Made by a program: the position numbers and the translations under genes
NCBI GenBank assembly: GCA_051530055.1
Contig: CM121343.1
Coordinates: 2,574,389 to 2,638,388 of the forward strand
Origin: Neoechinorhynchus agilis
Lineage: Eukaryota; Animalia; Acanthocephala
DNA length: 64,000 bases
Reading direction: 5' to 3'
Part shown: in pieces, positions 61,301 through 64,000 of the stretch
Position numbering within the stretch: the first letter of the stretch is position 1
Layout of the letters: every line of letters begins with the position of its first letter
The notes under the pieces: generated by a model
Databases searched by the model: none
What the model saw: only the letters and a program-made list of their open reading frames with translations
Told to the model about the DNA's origin: nothing

Positions 61301-63450
61301 CGGTTACAATTGTCAGGAACCTTTAAATCGTCGGTATTATTAATCTCATAGATTCTAATTACAATTCAAAATGTAGATTATCGAACATCTCCAGTCAAGA
61401 ATGAGAGCTTTACGTTTCCGAATATACGCGAATGTTAGTTGTTTACGGCACATGAATATAATTTTTACCTTTTAGAACAATTTAAAGTTTCAAGTGATCA
61501 ATTGGACGCATTCGAATGTTAGTATGAACTTTGCAAATAATTCGTGTATGAATGATCCTTTCGAAATTTCGGTGATCTTAGCGATCCAATTCTAGAAAGC
61601 ATAGAAGTGTAATTTTCGCACTTAAATAGAATATTTAATATTAATGAGCGTTTTTCAAAAAATTATTATTTTAGCATTTTGGATCTTGTCCATAGAATAA
61701 GTATTTGAATACCTTTTAGTTTTGTATTTTAGCAAGTTAAAAACTTAAGATTCAATTTAAATACATGCAAACTTATTACCTTTCCTTCATAAAAAATTTA
61801 TTTAGCATTTTCTAAAGCCTTCTACTGCCGAGTTCAATTGTATAATGAAGATGAGACAATAAGGTTGCTCGAATTATTAAAGGACAAATCTTTCATCGCA
61901 TTAGTAATGATTCGTGGATCTTTCAATGACTTGCACGCATTAAAGGTAAAATATGAGAAAAAGCTAAGTGTAGTTACTACTGATCTTTGAATTTAGATGA
62001 TATTACATCTTCTAAAGTGTGCTTTTACGAAGATTAGACCAAATAACTTTAGCAGATCAGATCTTCGATGTATTATGACACTCATTTCGAGTCAGTTCAA
62101 GTCATTTAAACTATCACAAGAAATATTTGAATATTGCCGCGAATATTGCGATTACGACTTAAAGTAAATTGCACGCGTTTAAAATAGAAATCGATAATTC
62201 CGAATGCTTATAAGTTGGACATGCGATACACTGCCAATATTTTATGGATTGTGGTACGGAGAGATTGAAGTTATCAATACATATAGATCGACTGTTGAGC
62301 ATATATTTCAAGTTTTTGATCAATTCAATGAGGAGCAGAGACAAATATGCATTCAAACTGGTTTTCTTCAAGCCATGTTAAAATCACGTTGCTTGAACGA
62401 GTATGTATTGGAGTTATGTAAAATTTAATCTATCCAATAGGAGTTTCGAATACAACGAAATAAATTCTGGATTCGCTTATGGAGTTGCTCTAGTGTTTTT
62501 CTGGTTAGATTTGCTTTTACCAAATTTTTGGTGCATGGTTGTTCGTTAGCTCCACTGATCACTACTATACTTTTAACTGGTACGTGGCGGCAATTTCACA
62601 AATTTATGTTCATAAAAGTTTGGATAAAAGTAAGTGTATCCACCTCACGAATCGTTAATTATTTAAATATTAGGTACCAAAAATTCGGATCGATATGTTG
62701 TGGTTGGTATCAGAACTGTGGTTGAAGCTGTTGAAGCAGTCTTGGATCTTGTGATGGAAATCCTTTTTGAGATTCATCCCAGTCATCGTACGTATTAGCG
62801 AATCGTATCTCCTTCCATAAAATATGTGTTCAATTGCGATGCATGAGAGCTTTTTATCCTGACGGGATATTTAATATCAAGTTTTTCCTTAAACATGATT
62901 ATTTTTTGCCACACTTTATTTTTTTGGACGTTGCCTCTACCGCTGTAAAGTCTTTATTACATGAACGTATTTAAAGTAAATCAAGAGTTGAATAATTTTT
63001 TAAATCGAGCTACCCAGGAGAAGACCATGAAACATGGTTTAATTTTTTTAACTTCTAATCTTAGTTATTCGCTATTTATCTTTTTAGGTGAACAAATGGG
63101 AGATTCGTCGACGCTAAACAAGTTGGTTACTATTGCATATCCTATCGCCATTTTTATTTATATTCATTAAGGTCACATTTGCTAAAAAAGTTTTTAGAGA
63201 GAGCTCTAAATGATTTTCCAAACCATATTGATTGGTACTGTCACAACATTGCGAACTTTTTCAAACTTTCTTCAGACGCACTGATTGCAAATGGTAAGTT
63301 TCTGGTCACAATATCAAAGCACTTTTATAGCAGTTCCCATTTTTAGATCAACAGGTCAAAAATATTAACAAAGAAGTGCTTCTCATGGAGAACACGATGC
63401 TTCAACTGACCCGTTCTATTATTATACTTTCAAGTGCCGTCAGCGTAAGA
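55377..63450 (+). CDS. LYST: N-terminal part of a large BEACH-family protein, most like LYST; more than 20 short-intron exons; both ends uncertain
   Basis: Chain of in-frame GT-AG joins; ConA-like FTISFWIRM...EWTNVIL...ILHFLGP; SIGGIYHFMYLLGFIVE...MQSMSLSIL; GYDMILRLL; BEACH domain itself not seen. Confidence 0.6.
56144..56251 (+). mobile_element. Extreme 3' end of a CRE-like element, intronic
   Basis: TGERRERIFLIQRISLAIQRGNAVSVRGTI*. Confidence 0.85.
56298..56625 (-). mobile_element. 3' RLE fragment of a second CRE-like element, intronic, opposite orientation
   Basis: TCPNTLAASHL...AGAVA...KYSSL...FIPIAVETLECLG...ATGDMRSSSFLLQRISAAIQR. Confidence 0.85.
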
Positions 63451-64000
63451 TACTGAAATATTTAAATACTGTTGATTTCTTTACCTTCTTATACCTGCTT
63501 TCGCTACCACCGATAATCGTCAAGTTTTCTGCAAAACTTATCCGAGGTGCTTTTCTTCCCCTGGAAATTCACCTTAACATTTTCATGAAGTCTTATTCCA
63601 TGGAATTAATATTTCGGCTTTAATTTCACATTTTCGCTAACATTTAAGATATTTGGTCCTCGTTTTAATTTAATTGAAAAAATTGTACTCAATTTCGTTC
63701 TTTCACTATCCCTTTAGCTTTAGTCATGTCGATAGATTTTAAATTAGCAATCCTTAGGGTTATTACAAACTAATTTTCATAATTAAGTCGCGATCTTTAC
63801 TCCCTTTCCCATTATTTCACGGAATATCCCGACGAAGATGCGAAATGCTTTTTTTGTAAAATCAATAGCATTATATTGTTTTTTTTGAAAATTTCCCATT
63901 GATGAGATATTCCATTTATTTTCAATATATTCTTGGCATTTACGCATTGAGTACAATTCTAATGAAATTTTCCAGCGTTATTAAGTAATAACATTGGTTC

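Overview
Eukaryotic (animal) DNA from an AT-rich, compact genome with many 40-60 nt introns; not prokaryotic, no CRISPR, rRNA or tRNA seen. Recognisable host genes: casein kinase 1 (-), muscleblind (+), an orphan rhodopsin-type GPCR (-), CLIC (+), a giant TPDxSS-repeat mucin-like gene (+, frame-broken), a DUF1647-type protein (+), endonuclease III/NTH1 (-), an Sp5-like zinc finger (-), two orphan secreted/membrane genes and the N-terminal half of a LYST-like BEACH-family gene (+). Mobile DNA: a LINE ORF1 interrupted by a 1.37-kb short-LTR Gypsy element with a 5-bp TSD, a CR1/L2-like LINE, several CRE-like RLE fragments and five Penelope-like fold-back insertions, one with minimal hammerhead ribozymes; also satellites of about 100, 408, 140, 180 and 320 bp period. 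Most striking: in three otherwise intact conserved genes (CK1, CLIC, NTH1) the frame and conserved residues are restored only by removing a segment that ends in YAG, lacks a 5' GT (TA-AG, TA-AG, CA-AG) and has inverted-repeat ends. This points to a hairpin/MITE-derived non-canonical intron class, but a single missing base in the assembly cannot be excluded without reads or cDNA. All gene models and family calls were made by eye from remembered motifs; no searches were run.
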